Source: Styela clava
Lineage: Eukaryota
Reading direction: 5' to 3'
Length of the DNA stretch: 64,000 bases
NCBI RefSeq assembly: GCF_964204865.1
Contig: NC_135252.1
Location: 25,482,001-25,546,000, forward strand
Shown here: one piece after another, positions 42,336 through 56,348 of the stretch
How positions within the stretch are numbered: the stretch's first letter is position 1
Layout: each line of letters opens with the position of its first letter
Translations under genes and position numbers: made by a program
The notes under the pieces: model-generated
The model's input: only the letters and a program-made list of their open reading frames with translations
Database searches by the model: none
Told to the model about the DNA's origin: nothing

Positions 42336-45300
42336 CTCTAATGGTTTGAGGCAAGTGCCTGTCGCATTGAAGAAGCATTGCCGTTCAAATGATTACATCA
42401 TTCATTGAAGAATACCGGCATGAATTATTAATAGGCCTAACAAGCAGGAAATTGCAGAGCAATAGAGACTAAGTGCTGTTACAGGGATAAGCGCATATCC
42501 ATGCATGCTCAATTCAATCACTAATGCCCAGACTGAAGGATATCAAAGTATGTAAATCGATATCATGGTTGCAATGGCTTAGTGATTAGGGGAATAATTA
42601 CCAATCTTTGGGACGCGACCAAACGGTGTCACCTGAACATTTTTTTGAGCCGCTTTTTTCAAAGAAAACCTAAAAGTTACTTTTTTTATTAGAAAATCTT
42701 ATTGTTTAGCCTATATTTTTCATTTGGTATTGAAGTGTTGCTGAATAGTAATTGTATATGTGGGAAGTATCAAAGCATAAAAACTTGGACAACTCACAGC
42801 AAACTTACATTATTACAAACAAAATATTTTGCAGACTAACTCAAAGCTTATAGTACCTCAACAATCCATGCTGCAACTTGCTATCTGAAAGCATCTAATT
42901 ATAAACCTACGCCCATCTGGAATTAAGTCGACTTAAACATGAAAACACATAACAAATATTAACTACAGAAATTAATCGACACCGGATTAAGAAATTCATT
43001 GACAACAAATATCACAAGCACAAAACGCAGGATGGGTTCCAATCGTACAGTAACTACTGCAAGACTCTTGAATCATTTAGACATTTAACACAATATGTCT
43101 GATTGTTCTGCCTCAACAAAAATTTGTGATCTGTGACCTGGCAGCATTGATACATTTAAAAAAAAAATTTGAATTGAATATTGAAATCGGCAATTACAAT
43201 CATTATGATTCTCATACAAATTTGCTCAAAATAAGACGATGCTCTCATTCAAATACAATCATAATAGAACACTACGACTATTTGTCACCTACCGAGGCGC
43301 AGTCTATCCTGTTCAAGATCTCTAATTGTAACTCTAATAAAATCTGTTATACCCCATTAGGGATGGATTATGCAGCGGCAAACCTCAAACTGTAGTGAAA
43401 GGAATTCTATACCTCTGCAATATAGCCACACATCCAAAATATGAGGGTATAACAAAGTAAAAGCAGTAACTGAACAAATAACGCCAAACATGTGAAAATA
43501 CTGCGCAATTTTCAATTTTTTTAAATATAAAACACTGTCTTGCACGAAATGCTATATCCTATTTGGCATGGGACATACCTGCATAATAGAATAGGTATAC
43601 CAAGAATTTCATTCCACACAAGAAAAATATTTTTCAAAAAAAAGTTGTGTTTGCATGTCGCATTTTGTTCGGCGTTATTTAAGCACTTATTAAGGTGTTT
43701 ATCTTGCCATACTCCAATGTGGATCATTCGAAAGTATTCTGGATTTAATCTGAGTATTGTGGAAATTATTCCGATTCCCTACTTCTGCCTAATTTCCCTG
43801 CTACATAATAATTTCAAAAGGCTAAATTTAGAATGAAGTACCTATCAAACGACACATAATTATCTTCATGCACGTTTTGATTTTATCAGTGTTATGTGTA
43901 AACAAATAGCGGTTCAGATGAAACAACCACACAATGGAAAATTACAGGAAATCATACTTCGATTTACAAAACAAAAGGAAAGATTTGTCTTAGGGAGGAG
44001 AGGAAAGTATATAAGATGGGTTATAGTTAACCGCGGGTTTTAGTGTCACTATTGTTTAAATTAAAAATGAGACGCAATCTTCCATCGTGCCAGACGCCAT
44101 CGTTTCAGAGACAAATGGAGTGGAATCTGAGAACTGCGACCTACCGTAATATATAAATTTACAAATATTTACAGATTTATCAACGATTTTTATTCACCAC
44201 AGCAGCGAAATATAATGACAGAATGATAATCTGCGGCTCTGGTACAGTGGTACAACCCTAACCATGAAACCCCCAAACCCTAACTATGCCAAAATGCCAT
44301 ATGAATCTATATTAATCGTATATTATTATTGTTAAACAACTTCTAATGCACATATAAAACAGAATCGACAATCAAATCGTCTTGCAGTCAACAGAAAAGT
44401 CTGTAGGCCGAAAAAGTCTGTATACTTATGTACTGTATGTACCCTATTGCCGTAACTGTAAATAAGACTGACACAAAAGACTGTTTAACAATTACAAAAT
44501 TACAGACCTAATTCCTAAAACCAGAACACATAAATGCCTGACTGCTCATTCGATGAATCATAGTTTCAGAGTTTAGCAGTTAGCAGTAACTTTCTGACTA
44601 TATTTTAATTAATATTTAAAAAAATTATGCCTCTAAATTATCTTCAGATAAATGTCAGATATTTGTCAACAACAATAATTCAATCTAACGATTGCAGCAT
44701 TCCAATAGACTACCGTACGACAACCTGAATCTCTCGGGACTTTTCTTCTTTTGCTCTCGCTAAATTATTAAACATACACCAATTCATTGATCTGTCCTGT
44801 AGTCTTTTGATATTACCGCTATCTGCTATTACTGATGGCCAGGAAACGAATTTGGCAATTTGGCGTGCAACTGCATCCAAACTTAAAGGCAATACCGCGT
44901 AATTACGGAAGCAATTAATACTTTCTGGTACCGTCATATGATATCGCAGTAAAGTCGCTTTCACAAAACCAACGGAGACGGCGAAGCGACAAACTAACGT
45001 GCGACAACGTAAACAGCGAACTTGACTATCCGCGCTGGCACTCTTCTTAGGATAAATAAATGGACCTTGAGCGCCAAATAGCGGATGGTTATTTTTGTCA
45101 TTCCATTCGAAGCAAGAAATATATACTGATATACTGTATATACAAATACACGGTTTGCAAATCACAAAAATGGACATCGACTTGAAGCATTTGATGATAT
45201 ATCGGGAAAGACTTGGTGTATCTTTGTTTGTTGTCAGAGAATTAGCTTTCATCAGTACTGTTCGAAGTGATTTTATTGTGTATATTCTGTTTTCTTGCAT

Positions 45301-45954
45301 TGTGCTGCCTGGTACTTGTCGCTTCATTGTATGCTTGTCGTTTTGTTGGGAGTATTTGGTTGTATTAAGATTGATGAATAATAAATAGAATAAAATAGCA
45401 TAACTTGAAGTGAATATTGAGAAGAAACTTGACGTCAGACCATATTGGAAGATATTTTGAACTTGGATAACTATTTCATAGACTGCCGGTACGCTACACA
45501 TAGTTACATTTCGTATTCTAAAATCCAATAGTTACATTCCACCAGTGGCGGCGCGTGGTCATTTTGACAACCGGGGCAAGCTACTGCGGGACTAAGTCAC
45601 CCCCATCTACGGGGACAGGATGAGCGCTGTAAGTTCTCCCATCATTTTATGAGTATAAAAACCATTCCATCGGTAACAACCAATCGGCAAAAGCGACAAT
45701 TTTTAACGATAAGAAGTGTCTTTAAAACCGGTCCAAGTCAAGGGATTAATAAATATAGACATAGTTTATTTTGAAACCTCTTTCAAAAGGAAAGGCAATA
45801 TTTACCCAGATAAATACAATGACATATTAACAGAAACTTCGGGAAAGCAGACAAAACCTAAAATAAGGTTTAAAACGTTACTATGAAGAAAGGAAAGTTA
45901 TGCAAAGATAAGGACATGCGTCGCTCACTCATAGATATATATGCTGCTAGACTT

Positions 45955-47457
45955 CTACTGCTTGAACATATATGCAACACGCCGGGGTTTCTTGGAAGCA
46001 AAATGCTCAATAACGCGCTGATTAAAGTCATGCATCCCAGAAATAACGTCTCTGTGAATGGATAAAACAGCCAAGGAATTTAATCTATCTTGCTTCATTG
46101 TGTTTCTGAGATACATTTTAATACGCTTCAGCGTGCTGAATGTTTGCTCTGCGTCGGCGGAAGAAATAGGCGTCGTCAAAATGATGTCCAGAAATTTTGC
46201 AGACGCCGCAAAGGTAGTTACTAGAGTGTTATCTATGAGGAACCTATAGAGCGCGCAAGTTGATGTGATGTTCAAAAAAGTTTGATTGGTGTATAAACAT
46301 CGCAATTCATTTTCCAATTTACCCACGTTTATCATGGGGTAAAATTTGGAGACAGTAGCCAACAAATGGATGGGAAATTGACATGCAAATTTTGAAAAAT
46401 TTTTGGGGTTCATCAAAGAGAACGCGGCAAGGTGTTCAGTGCGCAGACGATCGCCTATTTGATTCACCAGAATGTCACAGCATTCCTTTGCAGACAAAAT
46501 CAAACGCTGCGTTGTTTGCCCGCGGCGTAAAGAAGCACTCCATGTGTCGTCGTATTTTATTGTTTCCCGAATACGAGATACAGCATCGCAGAAGTCTGAA
46601 ATACACGACTGCACAGACGCTCCATCCATTAGCCTTGACTGCAATGCGCCGTATAATACATCCACGTGATAGAATATTGTGGAGAAAAAAGCGAGAAAAA
46701 TGAAAACTCACCATCTTCTAGCAGACGCTTTAGACCTGCCGCCTCCCTCACAGAGCGTTCGTCCCAAACCGGAGAGTTCTGAATGCCATTGAAACACTCA
46801 ATGAGCTCAGACCTAATTTCGGACACGCCCTGCACCACGCGTGATTGGAAGTTCCAACGTGTTGGTGCACAAGTTGGGAGACGGCGGCTACATATCTGGC
46901 GAAGGAGGTCAGAGCGCTTCGGCGAAACGGAAAAAAATGAAGAAAACCCCGAAACATTTGCAAAAAATATGCGGACGAGAGGGGTATCAAGACACATATT
47001 TTTAATAACGATGTTAAATTGGTGTGCATAACAATATAAAAATTGCGCATGAGGAAAATCTTCTTTTATATAAACTTGAACACCATGTTTCGACCCACTC
47101 ATGACTGCCGCGCCGTCATAAGTTTGAGCTATCAATTTTGACTTCGCGTTGTAAGGCTGTTACACTTCTTTCAGTACAGCCGATATCTCGCAAGCCGTGC
47201 GATCAACGATTGGTACAAAGCTGTGAAATCTCTCGGTAGGTTTACCATCTTTCACAAACCGAAAAATCACAGCCAGTTGGGAAACGCACGTGATGTCAGT
47301 TGTCTCGTCAGACTGAATCGAAAGGAACAGGCAATTCTCAATTTCCAGAGCCAAATGTTGTAAATAAATTTTATACATTGAGTCAAGCAAATCATTTTGG
47401 ATATCCTTAGATGTCCCTTTCGAAACAGTTGCGGCATCAAGATGATCTCTCAATACT
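45955..47457 (-). pseudogene. hAT transposase pseudogene, 3' part (catalytic core and dimerization domain)
   Basis: SDETTD, QTYDGA, CYAH, TRW, AEQTFSTLKRIK..LRNTMKQDRL; stop at 47160-47162 and a 1-nt deletion in a T-run near 46696-46700. Confidence 0.92.
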
Positions 47458-48096
47458 TGTTAGATTTGACCTCGCACGCCTCACACTTTTGTCCATTTAT
47501 ATTTCTCTATTATATTAACAATCCCAGACGAATTATTTTCTATCTTTCTTTATCTTGATTTCCTGTTGACGGTAACTCATTATTGCGCCATAGTGAAGAA
47601 ATAGGGAGTGAAACTTTTCCCCGGGTTTTGAGATAACGCTTTCTGATTCTTTGTTCTATACGGCACTGTGGGATTGCAAAAGTGTCGGTTAGTATTGAAA
47701 TTTGTTCTGGATATAGTTTACATTAGGGATGCGGGTTTCGTGAAATCTGTTATATTAATTTAGCTCAGTTAGGTCCTATTTAGTATTGGTTATTATTGCT
47801 TGTCATTGTGAATGTTATTTTGTCATTCTTTCATTGGTTGTTTATAGTGCATCCGTGTCGTTATAAATTAGTTTTATCGTTGGTCTTCAAGTTTCTGTGC
47901 TGTAGCAACATTTTACTCATATGTGGAGATTGATGAATACAGTTCGTTTTCTAAGGATCTCGTTGCCTCTTTACTTTGGTTGTGCAGTTACTAGAAGCTG
48001 GGAGATTGCGCATAATTCTTCAAGGCGGGTGCGGGTGCAAATAGGACTCCACTACAACAACGTTGAGTGGATTGGAATTCACGTTCCAACTTTACA
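47458..48096 (+). repeat. 5' LTR
   Basis: Direct repeat of 55121-55759; 6 substitutions seen by eye. Confidence 0.97.
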
Positions 48097-48158
48097 TTGA
48101 AATAAAACTAATATTCGATTGACCTACTTTGAAGAACATCTGACTACTATTCTCAACA

Positions 48159-51100
48159 ATGGCTTCAAATGTTTCTAAAGATATTATTGATGAATCGTCT
48201 GGTGACATCACCATTCCTGCAGTTCAAGTTCGACAATTTTCATTGGGTCAAACAATAAAGGATGATCATCTACGCCAAGCAAATGACCATTATGGACAGA
48301 CTTTTACGGATTTGAATAACATTTTTGCACAACTTATTCTGGATAAGCAAAATCAACAGAGTGTTACTTTACATTATCAGAAAGTATGCGATCATCTGAA
48401 CAGTTGGAAAATGTATTTGGAGAATTATATTTTAAATAATGGACTTGATCAACATGTGGCAAAATTACACCTGACTCAGGTTGTGGATAAATTGAAATCA
48501 TGTGACATGATTTATCGCCAATATTTGGACTCCTGTGTTAAAGAAGCCGACATTAGTTACATTTCCAAACGGTCAATATCTCATTCGTCGAAATCTAAAT
48601 CTTCTTCATCATCTTATAGAAGACTGGAGAAATCAAGAATGTTAAAACTTGAAGCATTACAAGAAAGAGAACTAGCGGCGCAAAAGCAAAGATTAGCAGA
48701 GATGAAAGCAAAGTTTAAAGAACAACAAGCTCAACTGCTTGATGAACTGTCAAGTGACAGAGACTCTTCTACCTCCAAGTAAATTTTGGATGTTGACACC
48801 GTCATTTCAGCACAGGATGTCAAATTTAGCCACTCAACTGAAGTGAGTCAGAGACCTAGTTCAGTTCCACTTTTGTCTAACAATAATTTGGAAAATGCAG
48901 GTATACGTTCTTATTTGAATTCGTTTTTTAATGTTTCACAACCATCGTATTATCCTTTATCTACTGTTAATGCAGTTCAGTCTTCAACCCCATGCAGTGT
49001 TGTAGAGTCTAACCAATTTTCTAATGCAAATATTTCACAGTTGCCATACAGTGCACCTAATTTTGTTGACAATAATTTTTCTGCCATTATACCTACCCCT
49101 GTGATTAGCACAGCTGTTATTACTGTCCCTGATAGGTTTACGGGGCCGGTGTATTCACAACCTATAATTTCTGTCCCACAACGGCTTATTGCGCCAGCTG
49201 ATACTATGTCTTTTGATTACAATAGGCCAGACATATTTTCTCATGTTAATGTAACTATGCCTGTTGTATCGCAGGCCCATACTAGTGCTTATTTTTCAAC
49301 ATTTTGTAGTAGTTTTCCACAGGCTGGGCCAAATACTATTACCACTGTTAGTAGTTTGCCTCCAGGCCCTGTTTATACAAACTCATCTCAGCAGATAACA
49401 TCAGTGTTACCTCCCTTAACAAGACCTGTAGGACCATACTTTTCTCATCCTACCATTTCAAATGCCTTGTGCACAAATACTGCCACAATTCCATCTTTCA
49501 TACCTCCTTATATGTCAAGCTCACAATTACCTCACCCTACCGTTATGAGACAACCTTCCTTACCTTCCCCTAACGTTATCCATCATCAAGCTGCCAGCAA
49601 AGATGATTTGTACCTTCTGGGAAGAAATATTCAACAAGAATTCCGCTTGCCAGCATTGGATAAAGTAGAATTTGCTGGTGATCCATTAGAGTATCATGCA
49701 TTTATAAGATCTTTCTATAACACAATTGGACGTCTCACATCTGATCCTTCTACATTGTTGGCACAATTGTTTGCTCACTGCAAAGGTGAGGCATATGAAG
49801 TAATCAAGCACTTGCGAATGGCTGATGACTCAGCACAAGCATTTCATGCAGCTAACGACACTTTAGAATTTCATTTTGGCAATCGATCACTGATCATCAG
49901 CACATTTATAAAGCAACTTACTGAAGGACCGAAAATTCGTGTAAATGCCGTCAAAGGACTTTGCAAACTATCATCACAGATGCGTAACTGTTCTATTGTG
50001 TTTGACAATTGGAATGCAGGGAATTTACTCGATGCCCCAGCATATCTTGTTGCTATCTTTGAACGGTTACCTCCTAATATGCGTACTGACTATGTCATGA
50101 ATGGCACATGGACTTCATTCACAATCCCGTCATTCAATCATTTGCTGAAATTTATTGAGTCTAGAGCTCGTTTGTACAACACATTTTATGGTCGCACTCT
50201 GGCAGAATTGGCGACAAAATCATCTGGTCATAAGGGATACATTAACAAGCGTCCATCGAAGTTTTCTACATTTACCACTTTAAGTACGCCAAAATCGGAA
50301 CCTAACTTCAAACAAAACTACAACAAAACGAATAACTCTGGCAAGAATGGCAAATCTGCTTTGTTTTGCTATCTTTGTAAAGGCGATCACATTCTGATGC
50401 GCTGTAACAAATTCAAAGAGAAGAGCATTTCTAACAGACGACAATTTGTAAAGGACCAGTCTATTTGCTTCAATTGCATGTCATCCAAGAAACATTTTTC
50501 TAGCAGTTGTCCTTCAGAGAAGAGGTGTCTAAAAGAAGGGTGTGGTGGACTTCACCACACTCTGTTACATTTGGAGCAGGTAGCCAAGCAGCCTGCGTTG
50601 CATCAGTCGCGTTCTAAGGAACCATTACATGCACCTCAAACTGAAACAGCCTCTGTGAATTCTATGTCTGTACTCAACACTTTGTGCCCTGTTCGACTCA
50701 TGGCTGTTGCTGTTGAAATACATTTACCTGACGCAAGTGATAAGAAGAAAACAATTGCTTTCTTGGATCTAGGATCTCAAAGATCATTTTGCTCTACTCG
50801 TCTAGCGAAATCTATTGGCCTTTCTGGTAAACCAGAGCGTTGCATGATCCGCACTACAAATGGTGTTGCTGTTCATACTGGAGAAAGAGTATCATTTCGC
50901 CTAAATGGAGTGAATAATACTAACATTGTTGAAGTACACAATGCTTTAACTTTTGACAAAATTCCTGACGTCAGAGATTCATTGCCAAAGCCGGATATAA
51001 TTGACAAATATCCTCATTTGGATGGTTTGAAGTTCCCAGATATTGATGGCGATGTTGAACTATAAATTGGGGCAGATACCTTGGGTAATTGTCCATTTAC

Positions 51101-54100
51101 TGATTCCCGAGTCGGACCTCCTGGTACTCCAGGAGCCTTGCTTACATGTCTTGGATGGTGTCTCTTTGGCAAAGATCCATCAATGAAATCTGATAATAAT
51201 TCCCTGAATTATATTAACACTTCTGTGCCTATGATATCTGATGTACAGAATTTACAAAGTGATGTAGCTGTGAATTTTATTTCTACTACTCTTCCATTGC
51301 TATCATTTAATGACACTTCATGCGATACTTGCATGTCACCTCAAAGTCTTCCAGAAGAAGATCACAATTTGCAGGAGAAAGAATTTGCATGTGATAATTC
51401 ACAGACACCTACAATTGACAACCATGAACTATATTGCAAAATCATTACCAAGCCGGAAGTGACAGATTGTCAGGGGACGGAAAGCAGCAAATTGAATGGT
51501 TGTGATTTTTTCTTTATTTGTTCCACATTGCATGATGATATCCTGGATGAGAGTGATGTTAACCGTGAAATTGCTGTCTGTCAAACTTGTGGAAATGATT
51601 TTGCTGATATGAATGCAGATCCATTAACAACACAACCTTCTTTGGATGATGAACGAGCTACACAAATTATGAATGATACTTTGAAGCGTGTTGACGGACG
51701 ATTGCAAATTGGTTTATTATGGAAATATGATGATATTAAATTACCGTACAACTATAACATGGCTCTCAAACGTCTCATGTCTGTCAAGCGAAGAATGGAG
51801 AAGGATGCTGAATTTGCTACATTGAGACATTATAGTACATTGAGAAACTGGATGAATATATAAAGAATGGATATGCTGAACAGATACCAGAAGATGAATT
51901 GGCACCTACAGAGAGAACCTGGTTCATTCCACACCATGCAACAAGACAATCGAAGTTTCGTGTTGTCTTTGACAGTTCAGCAGAGTTTGATGGAAAATCA
52001 CTGAACAAGAATTTACTATCAGGACCTGATTTCAATAACTCATTAGTTGGAGTTCTTCTACGCTTCCGTTTGAACCCCATTGCTGTGTCGTGTGACATTC
52101 GACAGATGTTTCACAGAATATTGGTAAAGCGTGAAGATACACAATCTCTTCGTTTTTTATGGTTTCCTACACATGATCTTACAAAACCTGTTTCTCAATT
52201 TAGAATGCTATCTCATGCCTTTGGTACTACCTGCTCACCTTCTATTGCAACCTTTGCTCTACGAAAGGTTGCAGAAGATAATTTATCTAATGCTGATCCG
52301 ACCGCTGTTCGATGCATTTGCTTTAATTTTTATGTAGATGACGGATTATTTTCAAAAGATACAGTAGAGGAGACATCTACATTAGTTCGACAGACTACTG
52401 ATTTACTGGCAACAGGAGGTTTTCACTTGACTAAATTTTTAAGCAATGAACCAGAAGTTCTACAATGTGTTCCTGAAGAAGACAAGGCTCCCGTCGCTCA
52501 TGCTCTGGAACTAGCCGATGATGCGGTGAGTCGTACTTTAGGATTGAATTGGAATGCAGCCACTGATCAATTTGTTGTTATCGTCAGAATTCAGGAACGT
52601 CCTCCTACTCGTCGTGGCATATTATCAATGGTGTCGCAGATATTTGACCCTCTTGGGTATGTTCAACCATTTGTACTTGCAGCTCGTATCGTTCTGCAAG
52701 ATCTTTGTTATGAAGAATTTCAATGGGATGATACAATTACTGGCCCTCTTAGAGACAAATGGGAAGAATGGTCATCTAAATTACCTTCATTGAATGGGTT
52801 ATCATTTTGTAGATGCTACAGACCAAAAGGATTTACTCCATCTACTTTTCAGTTACATGTATTTTGTGATGCAAGTTCTTTTGCATATGGAACTTGTGCT
52901 TATTTGAAAATAATTGACGATGCAGGAAACATTCACACTGCATTTGTTAAAGGCTCGTCAAGGGTGGCTCCGAAGAAAGTTGTAACGATACCACGTCTTG
53001 AACTGACTGCAGCGGTTGCTGCTACAGAATTGGCGAGATGCATAAAATTGGAATTGAATGAAGTGATAACAGATGTATTTTTCTATACGGATTCAATGAC
53101 AGTTCTTCGAATGATAAACAGTCGATCTGAACGTTTCAAAACTTTTGTTGCTAATCGATTGAATACAATTCACTTGCTTTCTCAACGTAGACAATGGCAT
53201 CATGTTGACACTAAGTCTAATCCAGCAGATATTGCCAGTCGTGGACTAATGCCTGACAAATGCCACAAAGCTGATTGCTGGTTTAAAGGATCTTCTTTTC
53301 TGAGAAGCAAGGAACCATTGAGAAATTCACATATTTCTGAAACAATTGAGGACTCTGAAATATGTTCTGAAGTGAAAGTTAATTATAATGAGATTTCCTA
53401 CAAGGACAAGAATTCTACTATACAACAACCTGGACTTATGCTGTTGTTGAAACGTTACTCTAAATTTGAAAGACTTATTTCCTCTGTGATATGGCTTCAA
53501 AGATTCAAGACTTACATGATTGGGAAATTGCTACATCGTTCTGATTCTCCAGTTACTGGTTGTTTTACTGTTGCAGAACGGGAAAATGCAACTATAGGTA
53601 TTGTGAAACTTATACAAACAGATTCGTTGTCTGCTGAGCTTTGTTATTTTAAAGATATGATGAGTTCGGGCCCTCCACCTTCTGACAGAAAGAGACTTAA
53701 ATCGCCATTTGCTAAAGAACTTTTGCAGTGTAATCCATATGTGGCTGATTACATACTTCGAGTTGGAGGCAGGCTTCGTCAATCTGAATTACAACCTGAT
53801 CAAAGGAATCCTGTAATTTTACCCCCATATCACCATGCCACTAGACTTCTGATCGATTATTACCACTGTGAACATGGACATTGTGGAAGCAATCAAGTAC
53901 AGGCTTATTTGTTACAAAAATATTGGATATTGCATCTTCAGTCAGCGGTGGCAAAAGTTCTTAGAGAATGCATGCCATGCAAGATTCGATCTGCCAGACC
54001 TGGTAAACAATGGATGTCAGATATGCCTGCTGTTAGGCTTTGTACAGGAAATAGACCATTCTTTCACAGCTTCGTTGATTATTTTGGTCCTATAAAGGTC

Positions 54101-54946
54101 AAGTTGGGCAGAAGCGAACATAAGCGTTACGGAGTTATATTCACTTGTCTTTCTACTCGAGCAATTCATCTGGAGGTTGCAGAGAGTTTGGATACCTCTG
54201 CATTTTTACAAGCCTTTTTTCGTTTTGTCTCGCGACGTGCAAGACCAGCTCACATGTACTCTGACAATGGTACGAATTTTATTGCTGGAAGTAAAGCTCT
54301 CAAGGATGGAATTACAAATTGGAATAAGAAACAAATTGACAATGCTCTTGCACAAAAGGGAATTCAATGGCATTTTTCACCACCTCTTGCAAGTCACCAG
54401 AATGGAGTTGTTGAAAGATTGATCAGAGAAGTTAAGAAGATTCTGAGGAATATGCTTGATGATAAACCATTAACCGATTATTCACTTTGGTCTTTTCTGG
54501 CTGGAGTGGAATCCATCTTAAATGAATGACCCCTTACCCGAGTAAGTAATGATCCCAGAGACCTCCATGCCCTGTCACCTAATTCTATTTTACTAAGTAA
54601 ATTAGATCCTGATCTACCCCCTGATGTTTTTCTGCGAGCTGATGAGTATAGACAGGGCTATAGACATGTCCAGCGGTTGTTGGATATATTTTGGCAGAGA
54701 TTTACTAGGGAATATTTACCTCTGCTTCAGAAACGCTCAAAGTGGTTTCATCCCTCCCCTAACCTGAAGCCTGGTAACTTAGTACTTATGTGTGATGACA
54801 TACTTCCCCGTGGTAGTTGGCCAATGGCTGTTGTGGATGAGGTTTATCCTGATAGACTAGGCATTGTGCGTAGGGTGAAGGTACGAACCTCTAAATCTAC
54901 GTTCATGCGTGATGTTAGGAAGATATGTTCACTTGAACTTGATTAA
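48159..54946 (+). pseudogene. BEL/Pao gag-pol polyprotein, disrupted
   Basis: Triple Cys/His gag motif (CYLCKGDH..C, CFNC..H..C, C..C..HHTLLH), protease FLDLGS, RT YVDDGL, RNase H LHVFCDAS/TIPRLEL/NPADIASRG, integrase DYFGP/SDNGTNF/VERLI. In-frame stops at 48780, 51063 and 54527 and one frameshift near 51820-51845. Confidence 0.95.
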
Positions 54947-55120
54947 ATGTCTGATTGATGATTATTTATTTTGTTTCTGTATATTACATTTCACATTTTT
55001 CCATACACAATTTCGTATTCATCATTTTCCTATTTTGTTTACTTATATGCTTTGTGTTCGGCTACTTCGATCACCTCTTTTATTGAGATAATTATAAGTC
55101 TAAATTATCTGGGGCCGGAA

Positions 55121-55759
55121 TGTTAGATTTGACCTCGCACGCCTCACACTTTTGTCCATTTATATTTCTCTATTATATTAACAATCCCAGACGAATTATT
55201 TTCTATCTTTCTTTATCTTGATTTCCTGTTGACGGTAACTCATTATTGCGCCATAGTGATGAAATAGGGAGTGAAACTTTTCCCCGGGTTTTGAGATAAC
55301 GCTTTCTGATTCTTTGTTCTATACGGCACTGTGGGATTGCAAAAGTGTCGTTTACTATTGAAATTTGTTCTGGATATAGTTTACATTAGGGGTGCGGGTT
55401 TCGTGAAATCTGTTATATTAATTTAGCTCAGTTAGGTCCTATTTAGTATTGGTTATTATTGCTTGTCATTGTGAATGTTATTTTGTCATTCTTTCATTGG
55501 TTGTTTATAGTGCATCCGTGTCGTTATAAATTAGTTTTATCGTTGGTCTTCAAGTTTCTGTGCTGTAGCAACATTTTACTCATATGTGGAGATTGATGAA
55601 TACAGTTCGTTTTCTAAGGATCTCGTTGCCTCTTTACTTTGGTTGTGCAGTTACTAGAAGCTGGGAGATTGCGCATAATTCTTCAAGGCGGGTGCCTGTG
55701 CAAATAGGACTCCACTACAACAACGTTGAGTGGATTGGAATTCACGTTCCAACTTTACA
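55121..55759 (+). repeat. 3' LTR
   Basis: Direct repeat of 47458-48096, preceded by the polypurine tract. Confidence 0.97.
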
Positions 55760-56348
55760 ATACTGTATCTAGGGATGCGGTGTATTCCACCATATCCAAA
55801 AATACCCCTCTATTAGAAGAGCCAGCCCGTTCATCGTGCCCACGGAGGGACAGCTCGTGACAACCAATGAACTTCAAAACATCTATCAATCGACCGAGAA
55901 CATGGCGGTTTTTCTCGACGTTTTGGTTGTGCCGACGAATAGAAACCGCGCGTCATTCATCCAACTGTGCTGCAATATTAACATTTCCGAATGTTCGGTA
56001 ATTTACTGCATTGTCCAGATGCTCCATAGAAGATTGATGATGCCTGGCACGCTCGGAAAGATGTTTAAGATCTCTAAAACCAAATTTACACCAACGTAAG
56101 TCACGGGCGGTAGCAAAAAGTAGGCAATAAAAACAAAAAAGTGCAATTTTGTCCTCGCTGTAACACAACCATTCGTGTTTTTTATACCAAGTTTCTGCGC
56201 AGAATGTACGCCGACGCTTTCCTCCGTCATGGGATTGTTCCAGTGAACAATTTTTTGGTTGATAAGGCCCAAGACGTTGTACCTCTAATTTTTGTTCCAG
56301 CGGCAGCTGCGAAAACGGAGTGCGAAGTAGTGCATCAAGCTTATTCAT
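55760..56348 (-). pseudogene. hAT transposase pseudogene, 5' part (TTF-type zinc finger, start of DUF4371-like region)
   Basis: WYKKHEWLCYS...FCFYCLLF...HHQSSMEH; in-frame stop at 55953-55955, then the frame continues LSLRGHDE..SSNRGVFL up to the LTR junction. Confidence 0.9.

Larger units (their letters stand above)
47458..55759 (+). mobile_element. Full-length BEL/Pao LTR retrotransposon (8.3 kb)
   Basis: Two 639-bp TG...CA LTRs; 5-bp TSD ATACT (47453-47457, 55760-55764); purine-rich tract GGGGCCGGAA at 55111-55120; gag-PR-RT-RH-IN order with Pao signatures. Confidence 0.97.

Noticed and set aside
44710-45528. 272-codon minus-strand ORF next to the hAT end
   Set aside because: TTG start, no recognisable domain, composition like translated non-coding DNA; it overlaps the likely AGAP upstream region. 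Not supportable without expression data.
48780-54529. Programmed stop-codon readthrough in the BEL ORF
   Set aside because: The stops at 51063 (ELxIG) and 54527 (NExPL, CGA to TGA) fall in conserved motifs and are best explained as mutations; no readthrough signal is evident at 48780.
54946-55120. Possible env or extra ORF in the retroelement
   Set aside because: Only about 175 bp of T-rich sequence lies between the pol stop and the polypurine tract.
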